A DNA stretch of 64,000 bases from Pirellulales bacterium (GTDB lineage: Bacteria; Planctomycetota; Planctomycetia; Pirellulales; JANQPP01). The stretch is from positions 17,501-81,500 of the forward strand of contig JANQPP010000026.1 of the NCBI GenBank assembly GCA_028289405.1, written 5' to 3'. The notes under the pieces were generated by a model that made no database searches, was not told the DNA's origin, and worked only from the letters and a program-made list of their open reading frames with translations. Positions 9,633 through 19,046 of the stretch are shown here, in pieces. A program made the position numbers and the translations under genes. Positions within the stretch are counted from its first letter, which is position 1; every line of letters starts with the position of its first letter.

Positions 9633-10733
9633 TCAGACGCAATGTGCCGCGCCCGAACATCGCGGCGGCTCGCGACCGGAGATCAACACGCCGGGATCGG
9701 TGCATAGCGGGCGGAGGTGCGGCCAATCAAGCACGCCAAAGGGGGAAACCAATGGCTGCCACGGCACGCCGCGCTGTTCGATCTGTTCATCTCGGATGGG
9801 GCCCAATTTTCGCGCCGCCAATTCCAGGTACGGCACGCGCTCCGGCCGCAGCCCCATGATTCGGGCACATGTGGCGTCCACGGCGGTGGGATGAGTACCC
9901 ACGACGACCAGGCCCATGTGCTTGGGGCTCCCCATGATGGGGCCATCCCCCTCCATGCACTCGATACCATCGATCACGGAGATCGATTTGGGAATCGAGG
10001 CGTTGATATCGACCACCGTGGCGGGAATACCGGAATAGTGCAGCACGTTCTTGGGCCAGCCATAGATGATGCCGGGAATCGTGCCATACAGATTCTTCAT
10101 GGAGGCCGTGAAACCCACCCAGTGGTGAGTTTTGAGCTTCGGCAGGGAGACGATCAAATCCGCCGTCACCACATCCTGGGGGAAGTGGAACCCTGAGAGC
10201 CGAGAGACCTTGCCGCCGTTGGCTACCCAGGCGACGTCCTGATAGTTAAGGTCGGCGAAGGGAAGCCGGGATGATTTCAAGGCATCGCCGATGCCTGATT
10301 CGAACAGGGCGAATTGCGTGTCTCGCACGTGGCCAGGGGCTTCACCCACCGTCACTTGTGCGCCCCAGCGCCGGAAGACTTCCGCCGTAGCGAGCACCAT
10401 GCTGGGGTGCGTGGTCATGTGGGGGGCATCCCGCGATGGCTCCACCATGTTCGGTTTGAGCAGCACGCGGCGGCCCCGCAGACGCTCTGGCTGGAGGCCG
10501 GTCGCCAGTAGCCCGTCCCGAATGGTTTGTTCCAGTTTGGCGATGTCATAGCGCTGCCGGTCCGCGATGAACACGGGCGACTTCTTTTGCCACATCGCCT
10601 TGAGCGAGGTGTAGCCCAACAGTCCCGCCAGCGCGGCGCCGCCTCCCACGAGCAGCGCGCGGCGGTCGAGCCCTTGAGGCTCGCCGCTGATGTCATGCTC
10701 CACGGGAGGAAAGGCAGTGGATGAGTGGCTCAT
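9633..10733 (-). CDS. DUF362 family protein with twin-arginine-like signal
   Basis: 'VLLKPNMV', 'TTHP', 'SLPKLKTH', 'MKNLYG', 'DGIECMEGDGP', 'AVDATCARIMG'; N-terminal 'DRRALLVGG'. Confidence 0.85.
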   Translation of the reverse strand: MSHSSTAFPPVEHDISGEPQGLDRRALLVGGGAALAGLLGYTSLKAMWQKKSPVFIADRQRYDIAKLEQTIRDGLLATGLQPERLRGRRVLLKPNMVEPSRDAPHMTTHPSMVLATAEVFRRWGAQVTVGEAPGHVRDTQFALFESGIGDALKSSRLPFADLNYQDVAWVANGGKVSRLSGFHFPQDVVTADLIVSLPKLKTHHWVGFTASMKNLYGTIPGIIYGWPKNVLHYSGIPATVVDINASIPKSISVIDGIECMEGDGPIMGSPKHMGLVVVGTHPTAVDATCARIMGLRPERVPYLELAARKLGPIRDEQIEQRGVPWQPLVSPFGVLDWPHLRPLCTDPGVLISGREPPRCSGAAHCV

Positions 10734-11632
10734 AGGGCGATCTCCTCTCGGGGCATGGAGAGTAGGGGAGAATCATCTCCTAACAGCGTGAGCAGCACGA
10801 GCGCCCGTTCCAACGGGCCGCCGCTCTGGCTAACAGCTTGCAGCCGAGCGCTTTCGAGCAGCCGGTCCGCGTGCGGAGGCCAGGCATCGTGAGCGGCCAG
10901 GCCGAGCAATCCGTAACATAAGGAAAGAACCGGCGTGGCGGGCGCCAGGTTCCGCTGTAAATAGTCGAGCGAGCGTTGGATACGCCCCGATTCATCGAGT
11001 TCGTCCGCCAACGCCATCATGACCAAGCCCGTAGGTTGCAAGTGGGGCCGCAAGGTCTGGCCGAGAACGACGGTGTTCCCGTAATTGCAGCCGCCCTGAG
11101 GCAATAGTCGGTCGATCAGCAGCCGAACCGCTTCCCTCGTGCGAGCGTGTTCTCCATGGCCAGTCGATTTGAGAGCCAGAACGCATAGTGCCGTCGGCTC
11201 GCACCAGGAATGCGTCCCCTCGACCCAGGGCCAGCCCACGAGGGTGGTGTCGTGTTCGGTGTCGGCGCGGGGCGGAATCGTTTCCCCTTCCGTTTGCAAG
11301 ATCCAGTTCAATCCCCGCTCGCGGGCGGAAGCGTAGGGGCTAGCTTCTTCCGGTGATTCACGTAGGGCCTGCTCCCAAGCCAGGACCGCCAAGCTAGTGG
11401 GCCAGCGCGGACCCGCGTGACCAGGAAGTGTGCTGAGGCTCCCCTCGTCGCGCTGTGTGTCAGCCAGCCACTGGCAGGCGGCACGGGCTGGTTCCATCCG
11501 TCCATGGCCATGCAGAGCTAAAGCATTCAATGCTGTCGGCTCGGCGGCGGGAGCTTGCCCAGGGGCATATCCGTTTATCGGTGACTCGGAGATCGCGTCT
11601 AGCAGAGGTTTGGGATCGAAGGAAGAAAACAT
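10730..11632 (-). CDS. Prenyltransferase/squalene-cyclase (alpha-alpha toroid) repeat protein
   Basis: 'WLADTQRDEGS', 'GWPWVEGTHSWCEPT', 'LPQGGCNYGN' repeats; ATGA overlap with the DUF362 gene; start re-picked at MFSSFD. Confidence 0.75.
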   Translation of the reverse strand: MFSSFDPKPLLDAISESPINGYAPGQAPAAEPTALNALALHGHGRMEPARAACQWLADTQRDEGSLSTLPGHAGPRWPTSLAVLAWEQALRESPEEASPYASARERGLNWILQTEGETIPPRADTEHDTTLVGWPWVEGTHSWCEPTALCVLALKSTGHGEHARTREAVRLLIDRLLPQGGCNYGNTVVLGQTLRPHLQPTGLVMMALADELDESGRIQRSLDYLQRNLAPATPVLSLCYGLLGLAAHDAWPPHADRLLESARLQAVSQSGGPLERALVLLTLLGDDSPLLSMPREEIAL

Positions 11633-11916
11633 GGTTTTGCATGGCACTAGTGTATGGGAAGCGGAAATGAACCTTCCGCGTGCACGCGCAAACATAGCTT
11701 GGGAATGGTTTTCTCGCGGCGCACGGCTTGAACGTGGCGGAAAACCGCACCATTTATCCTTATCCGTTGGATTGTTTCGCGGTTTGGGTCCGGCATTCCT
11801 GCCCGCCACGTCCACTCCTCGGCCTGGCGAAACGGCTTGTGTGGTCTTTAACGCGGTTCCCGTGACGACTTGTACGGAGAACCTTGGAATTGGTGGAAAA
11901 AAATTAAACTCCGCAT

Positions 11917-11944
11917 TTGACTCCCGCCCGTGGTGACATAGGTT
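11917..11944 (+). promoter_or_regulatory. Candidate sigma-70 promoter for the riboswitch/flp leader
   Basis: TTGACT-N16-TAGGTT preceded by an A-rich tract (11897-11908). Confidence 0.3.
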
Positions 11945-12089
11945 TCCAATGTACAGGTCAAACGTGAGTGTTCACTCGCGAACCTGAGTGGGGCGTTCGC
12001 CCCATGTGTCGGATTCTTTCCTAGAGCGGAATGTCGCTAGTCGCGGCTTCCAGGAGGAGGACGACGAAGAAAAGGCCTGCGCCTCTTTG

Positions 12090-12176
12090 TCCTCGACAAA
12101 GGCAAACTGGTCGCGAGACCAGGACGCAAAACCATGGGCCAGGGCAAATGCCTTGGTCGCCTGGTTGCCGAAGGGA
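12090..12176 (+). ncRNA. Cyclic di-GMP-I (GEMM) riboswitch aptamer
   Basis: TCCTCG-ACAAA-GGCAAAC-TGGTC-GCGA-GACCA-GGACGCAAAA-CCATGGGCCAGGGC-AAAT-GCCTTGGTCGCCTGG-TTGCCGAAGGGA matches the Vibrio Vc2 architecture: P1, P2 with a GNRA loop, GGACGCAAA junction, P3, 3' GUURCCGA. Confidence 0.9.
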
Positions 12177-12456
12177 TGAAGCCGGCACATCCATGTCAAA
12201 TGGGATGTGCCAAACCGGGGCGCCGCGGAACATTCCGTCATGAACGGATCTCCGAGGCAACGCGAAGTTTTCATCACCAGAGGAATGAAGGATTGGAGAG
12301 GCATGTTTCATTACAGAATGGTGGCCGTTCGCTCATGCTCCGCAGGCCAGCGGTTCCTTGCGAACCGCGCGTGGAGACGGCCTCTTGATCTTAATGAAGA
12401 ACGGTTCGGCGCGGCTTCCTCGGGAAACCGTGTCCGAACCACCAACGGAGGAATGA

Positions 12457-12645
12457 ATGAAGAACTTCGCTGACAAAGTGCAACGTTTCCTCAAATCGGA
12501 AGATGGCCCCACGGCGGTTGAATATGCCGTGATGTTGGCCCTGATCGTGATTGTCTGCCTGGCGGCGATTACGAACATTGGTACCAACGCCAATACCACC
12601 TTCACGAATATCGCCGACTCGATCTCCGCTGGTAACGCCAGCTAG
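12457..12645 (+). CDS. flp: Flp family type IVb/c pilin, copy 1
   Basis: 'SEDG|PTAVEYAVMLALIVIVCLAAIT..G' Flp motif; 62 aa; GGAGG Shine-Dalgarno upstream. Confidence 0.95.
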   Translation: MKNFADKVQRFLKSEDGPTAVEYAVMLALIVIVCLAAITNIGTNANTTFTNIADSISAGNAS

Positions 12646-12719
12646 AGCATTTGGTTTGGTTGAGGCTTTCTGTTTTTTGATCTGACGAACGAAACTTATT
12701 TACATAATTGGAGATACTC

Positions 12720-12908
12720 ATGTCGAACTTCACGCAAAAAGTACGTCGTTTCCTGGAAAGCGAAGATGGCCCCACGGCGGTTGAGTATGCCGTGATGTTG
12801 GCCCTGATCGTGATTGTCTGCCTGGCGGCGATTACGAACATTGGTACCAACGCCAATACCACCTTCACGAATATCGCCGATTCGATCTCCGCCGGTAACG
12901 CGAGCTAG
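12720..12908 (+). CDS. flp: Flp family type IVb/c pilin, copy 2
   Basis: Same motif; mature peptide identical to copy 1; GGAG Shine-Dalgarno before ATG 12720. Confidence 0.95.
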   Translation: MSNFTQKVRRFLESEDGPTAVEYAVMLALIVIVCLAAITNIGTNANTTFTNIADSISAGNAS

Positions 12909-12960
12909 CGTTTCCCGCCGGGTTTCCGGTTGGACCGGATTGGAATCGTGGATGCAGAAC

Positions 12961-12995
12961 TCCCCCGGCAGCGGTCTCGTTGCCGGGGGATTTTT
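12961..12995 (+). terminator. Rho-independent terminator after the flp genes
   Basis: TCCCCCGGCAGCG-GTCT-CGTTGCCGGGGGA-TTTTT: 13-bp stem followed by a U-tract. Confidence 0.85.
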
Positions 12996-13260
12996 CACAT
13001 GCTGGCCGTCGTTGGGCCGCGAGGGGAAGGATGCCCTGGTTGGCCCGTTTCCAGCTCACACAAGGGTCAAGTTCGATGTATCCGGTCGTATCTGCCGACA
13101 TCATGTCCCACGCGGTACAAATCGTCGCCTGTTGTTTCACGTTGTTCGCGGCATTCGCGAGCTATCTTTTTGCAACGCGCATTTGATCCGCGGGTTGCCG
13201 CCGGTGATTTCCATCGACGGAGATTGAACTTCGAGACCGCAAACAAGGAGCCTGGGAAAG

Positions 13261-13827
13261 ATGAGTGACGCTAGCACATGGGGATCCGTTATCGCCGAGC
13301 ATTGGCCCATCTGGTTGGTCACGGTCGTGCTCATCGTGGCCGCGGTGATCGACGGATACCAACTCAGGGTGCCCAACTGGCTGACGTTTCCCTTTGTGAT
13401 CAGCGGATGGATCTATAGTGTCGCGTTCTACGGTGGCGAAGGGCTGGGCTGGACCCTAGTCGGAACCGCCGTGGGGCTGGGACTTCTCCTGCCCGCTTAT
13501 GCCATCGGCGGCATGGGAGCCGGCGATGTCAAGCTGATGGCTGGAGTTGGAGCCTGGGTCTGGGGTACGGCTACGTTTTACGCCTTTTGCTATTCCACGA
13601 TCATCGGCGCGGTGATTGCCGTGGGCATGGTCCTCTTCCGGAATAGCTGGCGGAAACACCGTGACCAGTTTTGGGGAATTCTCACCGAGATTCTCACGAT
13701 CCGCGATCCGAACGAGCTTTCGGCGATCGCGGCGGAACGCAAGAGTTCCATGTTGTTATTGCCCTATGGAATTCCGATCGCGATCGGAACTATTGCTTAC
13801 TTCGCGACTACGGGGATGTTGATATGA
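13261..13827 (+). CDS. cpaA: Flp prepilin peptidase (A24, CpaA/TadV)
   Basis: 'AAVIDG..LRVPNWLT', 'GMGAGDVKL', 'LPYGIPIAIG'; located in the Tad locus. Confidence 0.92.
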   Translation: MSDASTWGSVIAEHWPIWLVTVVLIVAAVIDGYQLRVPNWLTFPFVISGWIYSVAFYGGEGLGWTLVGTAVGLGLLLPAYAIGGMGAGDVKLMAGVGAWVWGTATFYAFCYSTIIGAVIAVGMVLFRNSWRKHRDQFWGILTEILTIRDPNELSAIAAERKSSMLLLPYGIPIAIGTIAYFATTGMLI

Positions 13828-14342
13828 GCCGACAGCGAAACTACTTCCAGATGTCCCGTCGTTACTTCGCGCATGATGCCCAAAACCGTCAAGACCCTTC
13901 GCTCCGTTCCCGGCGGAAAGACCGCCGCGACCGTGCGGGCACCACGGTCGTTGAATTCGCGATCATCGCGCCGCTCTTCTTGCTGCTGCTCTTCGGGATC
14001 TTGGAGTTTGGTCGGGTCGTGATGGTTCAACAGCTCATTACCAATGCATCGCGGGAAGGGGCGCGGATGGCCGTTGTAACCTCCCCGGATGACCCGGCCG
14101 CCTTGTCGGTCGTGCAAAGCGAGATCGCTTCGCGGTTGGCTGACGTGGCCGGCGTGCAGCCAGGTGATCTACAAGTGAATATTACTCGGCATGCTCCGGT
14201 CAACACCACTGTTGGCGGTCGTGTCGAAGTTGATGTGTCGGTTCCTTTCGATAAAGTCAGTTGGCTCAATGTGCCAATGTTCCCTATGACCCCGCAAACG
14301 CTGACCGCCAAGAGCGTCATGCGGCAAGAAGGGTTCCAATAA
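13824..14342 (+). CDS. tadE: TadE/TadG-like pseudopilin
   Basis: 'RAG|TTVVEFAIIAPLFLLLLFGILEFG...NASREGAR'; ATGA overlap with cpaA. Confidence 0.9.
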   Translation: MSRQRNYFQMSRRYFAHDAQNRQDPSLRSRRKDRRDRAGTTVVEFAIIAPLFLLLLFGILEFGRVVMVQQLITNASREGARMAVVTSPDDPAALSVVQSEIASRLADVAGVQPGDLQVNITRHAPVNTTVGGRVEVDVSVPFDKVSWLNVPMFPMTPQTLTAKSVMRQEGFQ

Positions 14343-14461
14343 GCTTACGAAGCGACGTTATTTCAGTGGAGAAAATGCTCGATGCCGTCCCCAAACGGAT
14401 TGTGGGACTCGTTTTTGGCGTCGTGGCGAATTGGAGGCACTCGCGGACAGCGGAGTAAATC

Positions 14462-15646
14462 ATGCGTGGAAAATCGTTAGTACTCCTGGCTCTAGCGCTC
14501 GGATGCGGATTAGTAGCGTCCGTGGGTATTAGCCAGGTGCTGGATCAAAAGCCCAAAGTGGAGCCGGAGTCCCTGGAAACCGACAGCGTGCTCGTCGCGC
14601 TGCAGGACGTGGAATACGGGACTCCATTAACCGCCCAACTGGTCAAGCTGGAAGCTTGGCCGAAAGACAAGATTCCCACCGGCGCCATCATGAATATCGA
14701 AAACATCGAAGGACGGCGGGCCCGTTCCAAGCTGTTTTCCGGCGAACCGATCCTCGAGGCGAAGCTCCTGGGAGTGGATGAGGTCGCGACCGCGTCCTTG
14801 CAAATTCCCAAAGGCTACCGCGCTTTCTCGGTAAAGGTGACCGCCAGCAGTACCGGCGGCAGCCTTATCCTTCCGGGCGATCGCGTGGATGTGCTGGTTT
14901 ATGTCCGTACTTCGAACAACGGCATCAACGAAGTGTCGACCCAGACGATCCTCCAGGACGTCAAAGTCTTCGCCGTGAATCAGATCTATAACAAGGACAA
15001 CATCGATACCGACGGAACCGCGATCACGGCCAAGACGGTCTCGTTGCTGGTAACGCCGGCACAAGCCGAAAAGATCGCGCTGGCGGAGGAACTGGGCAAA
15101 ATTCGGCTTTCCATCCGCAGTCCTGATGACGATCTGACCGCCGACGTATCCGGGGCGCAGCTCCAGAGCATCTTCGGTAATGGCGAAAAGAGCGATCGTG
15201 ACAACGAAGAGGAACGCCCGGAAGAGTTCGCCTCGAACTCCGGTGCCAGTTTTTTGGAGTGGGTCCGGGACAAAGCCTCTGATTTCGCCGCGGATCTGCC
15301 TGCCGCGACTGGCGGGGATGAGAATAGTTGGACGATGATCCTATTGGCTGGAAACGAAACCCAGGAAGTCCTGTTTCGCGAAGGCCAAGCGCTGCCGACC
15401 ATTGTGCGGCGGAGCCGCGCGGACTCGGGCGGTTCGGGTAGTTCGGGCGATTTCGGTAGTTCGCTCCTAGATGGCAACAGGTCTCGTCAACAGCAGCTAT
15501 TGGAGCAGTTGGAGGGGGATGGCGGTGACTTGTTGAATGGAGACGATGGCTCTCTCCAGGACCAGATTGACCGCCTGCGGGAAACGCTTGGGGATGACGT
15601 GCTCGATCCCCAGAGCTTGTTCCGAATCATGCGACGGAGAAGATAA
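14462..15646 (+). CDS. cpaB: Flp pilus assembly protein CpaB/RcpC
   Basis: SAF domain, 'IPKGYRAFSV', 'ILPGDRVDVL', 'TILQDVKVFAV', 'VSLLVTPAQAE'. Confidence 0.92.
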   Translation: MRGKSLVLLALALGCGLVASVGISQVLDQKPKVEPESLETDSVLVALQDVEYGTPLTAQLVKLEAWPKDKIPTGAIMNIENIEGRRARSKLFSGEPILEAKLLGVDEVATASLQIPKGYRAFSVKVTASSTGGSLILPGDRVDVLVYVRTSNNGINEVSTQTILQDVKVFAVNQIYNKDNIDTDGTAITAKTVSLLVTPAQAEKIALAEELGKIRLSIRSPDDDLTADVSGAQLQSIFGNGEKSDRDNEEERPEEFASNSGASFLEWVRDKASDFAADLPAATGGDENSWTMILLAGNETQEVLFREGQALPTIVRRSRADSGGSGSSGDFGSSLLDGNRSRQQQLLEQLEGDGGDLLNGDDGSLQDQIDRLRETLGDDVLDPQSLFRIMRRRR

Positions 15647-15790
15647 GAACGAGAAACGCAAACCGACTGGGGTCTCGCTGAGGCAATACAGGGGCAAAGC
15701 ACAACACCCATCGGCCTAGATACGGTTCATAAAGGCCCGACCACGGAAAAGGGCCATCACCACAAAACAGCAAAAACGGGAAGTACAGGG

Positions 15791-17497
15791 ATGTACTATA
15801 AAATACAAAACAAAACGGATTTGGCCACGGTTTGTTGGTTGTGCGGCCTGGTGGCTTGGTGTGCCCTCGCGAGCACCGCACAAGCTCAATACATCGACTC
15901 GTCTTCGATCGTCTACGACATCGAAAAGCCGAGCGACCGTATCGAGATGACGGCGAATTCCAGCCGCATCCTCAATCTGGAACAGCGAATTCCACGGGCG
16001 CAGGTCAATAACCAGGAGATCCTGGAACTGACCGCGCTCTCGCCCAATCAGATTCAGCTTTTCGCCAAAAAGCCGGGTGTGACCCAGGTCAACATTTGGG
16101 GCGAAGATGACGAAATTCGCAGCATCGACATCATCGTCTACGGCGATGTCCGTGAATTGGCGATGATCCTCCAGGCCCAATTCCCCGATGCCTCGCTTCA
16201 AGTTCGGGCGCTCTCCAACAGCGTGGTCATCTCGGGTTTCGTGGATAAGCCAGGCCATGTGACGCGCATCATCGAAATGGCCCAGGATTATTATCCGAAG
16301 GTAGTGAATCTGATTGAAGTGGGCGGCGTCCAGCAAGTGCTGCTGCATATTCGCGTGATGGAAGTGTCGCGGACAGGTTTGCGGCGAATGTCCACGGACT
16401 TCAATCTGGCGACTTCGAGCGGGTTTTTGATGACGAGTGCCAGCGGTTTGATCAACGCCGCCGCCGCCACCACTGCCAACATTGGAAGTGGAGCCGCAGC
16501 CGCAGCCGGAACAGCCGGCCTGAATGCCTCGGATACGGTCCGCTTTGGTATCCTCGGTGATAATCGTGCCTTTTTCGGGCTGATCGATGCCCTACGCCGG
16601 CGGGATCTGGTCAAGATCCTGGCCGAACCCACGCTGGTGACCGTCAGCGGCCGACCGGCCTTCTTCAACGAAGGGGGCGAGTTTCCCATTCTCGTGCCGC
16701 AAGCCTTGGGCACGGTTTCCATCGAATACAAGAAGTTTGGTACACAGGTCGACTTCGTGCCCATCGTGCTGGGGAACGGCAACATTCGCCTGGAAGTTCG
16801 CCCCCGCGTGAGCGAAATCGACCCCACGCGGAGCATCGTGGTCAACGGGACGACGGTCCCCGGCCTGCGGGTCCGCGAAGCGGATACGGGAGTGGAAATG
16901 AAGGCCGGACAAACCTTGGCCATGGCCGGTTTGATCCAGACGCGGGTTGAGTCGGAAAACTCAGGAATCCCGTATCTAGCCGATCTGCCCTACGTGGGGA
17001 CTCCTTTCCGCAAGGTGCAAGAGACGGTCCAAGAGATCGAGCTGTTGATTTTGGTGACACCGGAATTGGTGGACGCCTTGGATCCACATCAAGTGCCGCC
17101 TTGCGGTCCTGGCCAAGAGGCGACCATCCCCAGCGATGGCGAATTGTACTGGAGGGGTTATCTCGAAGTTCCTGTTTGCAGCGAAGATGGCAGTTCTGCG
17201 AAATACCAGGCGGGTGGAGCCGAAGCGATACAGGGCCATCCCCACCACAATTCGTCCTGGTCCGGCGAGAATCCGAATGCGATTCCCTCCGAGATGATCA
17301 TGCCCGGAACGCCGTTGCCCAGCACAAACGGTGCAGCCCTGCATGGGTTGCCGCCAACCACCAGCGACCGCTCCTGGTCCACGGGAATCCCCAACATTCA
17401 GCGCAAGGCTTCCACGCCCTCGCGAAAGCCGGCTTCGAAGGCCACGGAATCTGACGAACCGCCCGGGCTGATCGGTCCCGTGGGGTACGATTCCTAA
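15791..17497 (+). CDS. cpaC: Tad secretin CpaC/RcpA
   Basis: N-terminal T2SS/T3SS pilus domain, 'QVLLHIRVMEVSR', 'LAEPTLVTVSGRPAFFNEGGEFPI', 'IPYLADLPYVGTPFR'. Confidence 0.92.
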   Translation: MYYKIQNKTDLATVCWLCGLVAWCALASTAQAQYIDSSSIVYDIEKPSDRIEMTANSSRILNLEQRIPRAQVNNQEILELTALSPNQIQLFAKKPGVTQVNIWGEDDEIRSIDIIVYGDVRELAMILQAQFPDASLQVRALSNSVVISGFVDKPGHVTRIIEMAQDYYPKVVNLIEVGGVQQVLLHIRVMEVSRTGLRRMSTDFNLATSSGFLMTSASGLINAAAATTANIGSGAAAAAGTAGLNASDTVRFGILGDNRAFFGLIDALRRRDLVKILAEPTLVTVSGRPAFFNEGGEFPILVPQALGTVSIEYKKFGTQVDFVPIVLGNGNIRLEVRPRVSEIDPTRSIVVNGTTVPGLRVREADTGVEMKAGQTLAMAGLIQTRVESENSGIPYLADLPYVGTPFRKVQETVQEIELLILVTPELVDALDPHQVPPCGPGQEATIPSDGELYWRGYLEVPVCSEDGSSAKYQAGGAEAIQGHPHHNSSWSGENPNAIPSEMIMPGTPLPSTNGAALHGLPPTTSDRSWSTGIPNIQRKASTPSRKPASKATESDEPPGLIGPVGYDS

Positions 17498-17585
17498 GGA
17501 GGGGTATTCCGCTTCCGCCGGAGATTTTCGCAAGCATCGACATTGATACCCCTGGCCGCGTGGCCACATAACACCATGGTTTGGC

Positions 17586-18818
17586 ATGAATAGCGTCCTC
17601 AGAGTCACCATTGTTGATCCCAATGACGACACGAGGGAATCCCTCAAAGGGATGCTCCTCGGAATGGATCAGGTGTGGCTGGAAGCCGAGTGCTCTCGGT
17701 ACGAGTTTTTTGCCGACGTGGTGTCGCAGACTCAGCCGGACATCGGCGTGGTCATGATCGACCAGGACGTCGAACGGGGTATCAAGCTGATCAGCGAAGT
17801 GCGGGAGGCTTCCGCCAAATGTCAGATCCTCGTCGTCAGCAATTCCAACGACGGAAACTTGATCCTACGAGTGATGCGGGCGGGCGCGCGTGAGTTTCTC
17901 ACGCAGCCCATCCGTATCGAGGATCTCGTGGCCGCCCTGGAACGCATTGGCAGCCAATATCTGGGCCGCACCGGGTCCGGCACGCAGGGGGCCAAGGTCA
18001 TCTGCGTGGCGGGTGCCACCGGAGGCGTGGGCACGACGAGCGTCGCGGTCAACCTGGGCTGCTATTTGGCACGGGAAGAGAAGCGAAATGCCGTGCTCGT
18101 CGACTTGGATCTCTGTTTGGGGGACGCGGACGTCTTTCTGGACACGATCCCTGAATATACATTGGTCGATGTCGCGCAAAACGTAACCAGATTGGACTTC
18201 ACACTGCTGAAGCGGTCGTTGACGAAACACTCTTCCAAGCTGTTTTTGCTGCCCCGCCCCGTGCAACTGGAAGACGTGGACCTGATCACCGCCGAAGACA
18301 TCAGTCGCGTGATTGGGCTGCTCAAAGCCACGTTTTCCCACCTGATCGTCGACATCTCGAAGAGCTACAACGCTATCGACCTCACCGCATTGCGGATGGC
18401 GGATGACATTCTCCTCGTGACGCAACTCGACCTGCCCTGCCTTCGAAACGTGGTCCGGCTCGTGACCTCCTTCGGAGACATGGAGGGCATGCTCGATAAG
18501 GTGAGAATCGTCGTCAACCGCGTCGGTTTGGATCAGGGGCATATCAGCCTCAAAAAGGCGCAAGATACGATCGGTCGGGATATCTTCTGGCAGTTGCCAA
18601 ACGACTATCGCGTGATGGTCCAGTCCAGGAACAACGGGATTCCGCTGATCGAACAGGCCCCCAAAGCGGCGATTGCCCAATCGATGCAGCTCCTAGCCGA
18701 CGCGGTTTCCGGTGATGAAGCTGCCGCGACTGCCGCCATCGCCGCCAATGAAAAGCTCTCTTTCGGCAAGCTGCTGAACTTCTTGCCAATCAAGGCGGGC
18801 AAGAAAGAAGGGGGCTGA
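17586..18818 (+). CDS. cpaE: CpaE/TadZ (receiver-like domain + MinD/ParA ATPase)
   Basis: 'MRAGAREFL'; deviant Walker A 'GATGGVGTTSVAVNL'; 'LVDLDL', 'IVVNR', 'LPND'. Confidence 0.92.
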   Translation: MNSVLRVTIVDPNDDTRESLKGMLLGMDQVWLEAECSRYEFFADVVSQTQPDIGVVMIDQDVERGIKLISEVREASAKCQILVVSNSNDGNLILRVMRAGAREFLTQPIRIEDLVAALERIGSQYLGRTGSGTQGAKVICVAGATGGVGTTSVAVNLGCYLAREEKRNAVLVDLDLCLGDADVFLDTIPEYTLVDVAQNVTRLDFTLLKRSLTKHSSKLFLLPRPVQLEDVDLITAEDISRVIGLLKATFSHLIVDISKSYNAIDLTALRMADDILLVTQLDLPCLRNVVRLVTSFGDMEGMLDKVRIVVNRVGLDQGHISLKKAQDTIGRDIFWQLPNDYRVMVQSRNNGIPLIEQAPKAAIAQSMQLLADAVSGDEAAATAAIAANEKLSFGKLLNFLPIKAGKKEGG

Positions 18819-19046
18819 GCCCGCGGCCATGGTCCTGAGGGACCTGAAACGCCCGCCGCGCGATCCTCTGGCCCATTCAACGGTCGCGAATCGCTTCTCC
18901 TCGTCGCATGGCGTACGCTTTCTTGGAGTGTTCCGGGAACTTTTCGTATCTCCGGCACGTCTCAAGTTAGCGAGCCGTGATCCCCACTCACTCGCGTGAC
19001 GCTGAAGATTTGTCCCCTCATGAATGGAACACAGGAGAACCGCCCC

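Noticed and set aside
12333-12868. Two minus-strand ORFs with identical N-termini; 147-bp direct repeat considered as a CRISPR or mobile repeat
   Set aside because: Fully explained by the duplicated flp genes on the + strand.
15760-15820. CAAAA-rich stretch around the cpaC start
   Set aside because: Irregular spacing, partly coding, and no fold or motif I can support.
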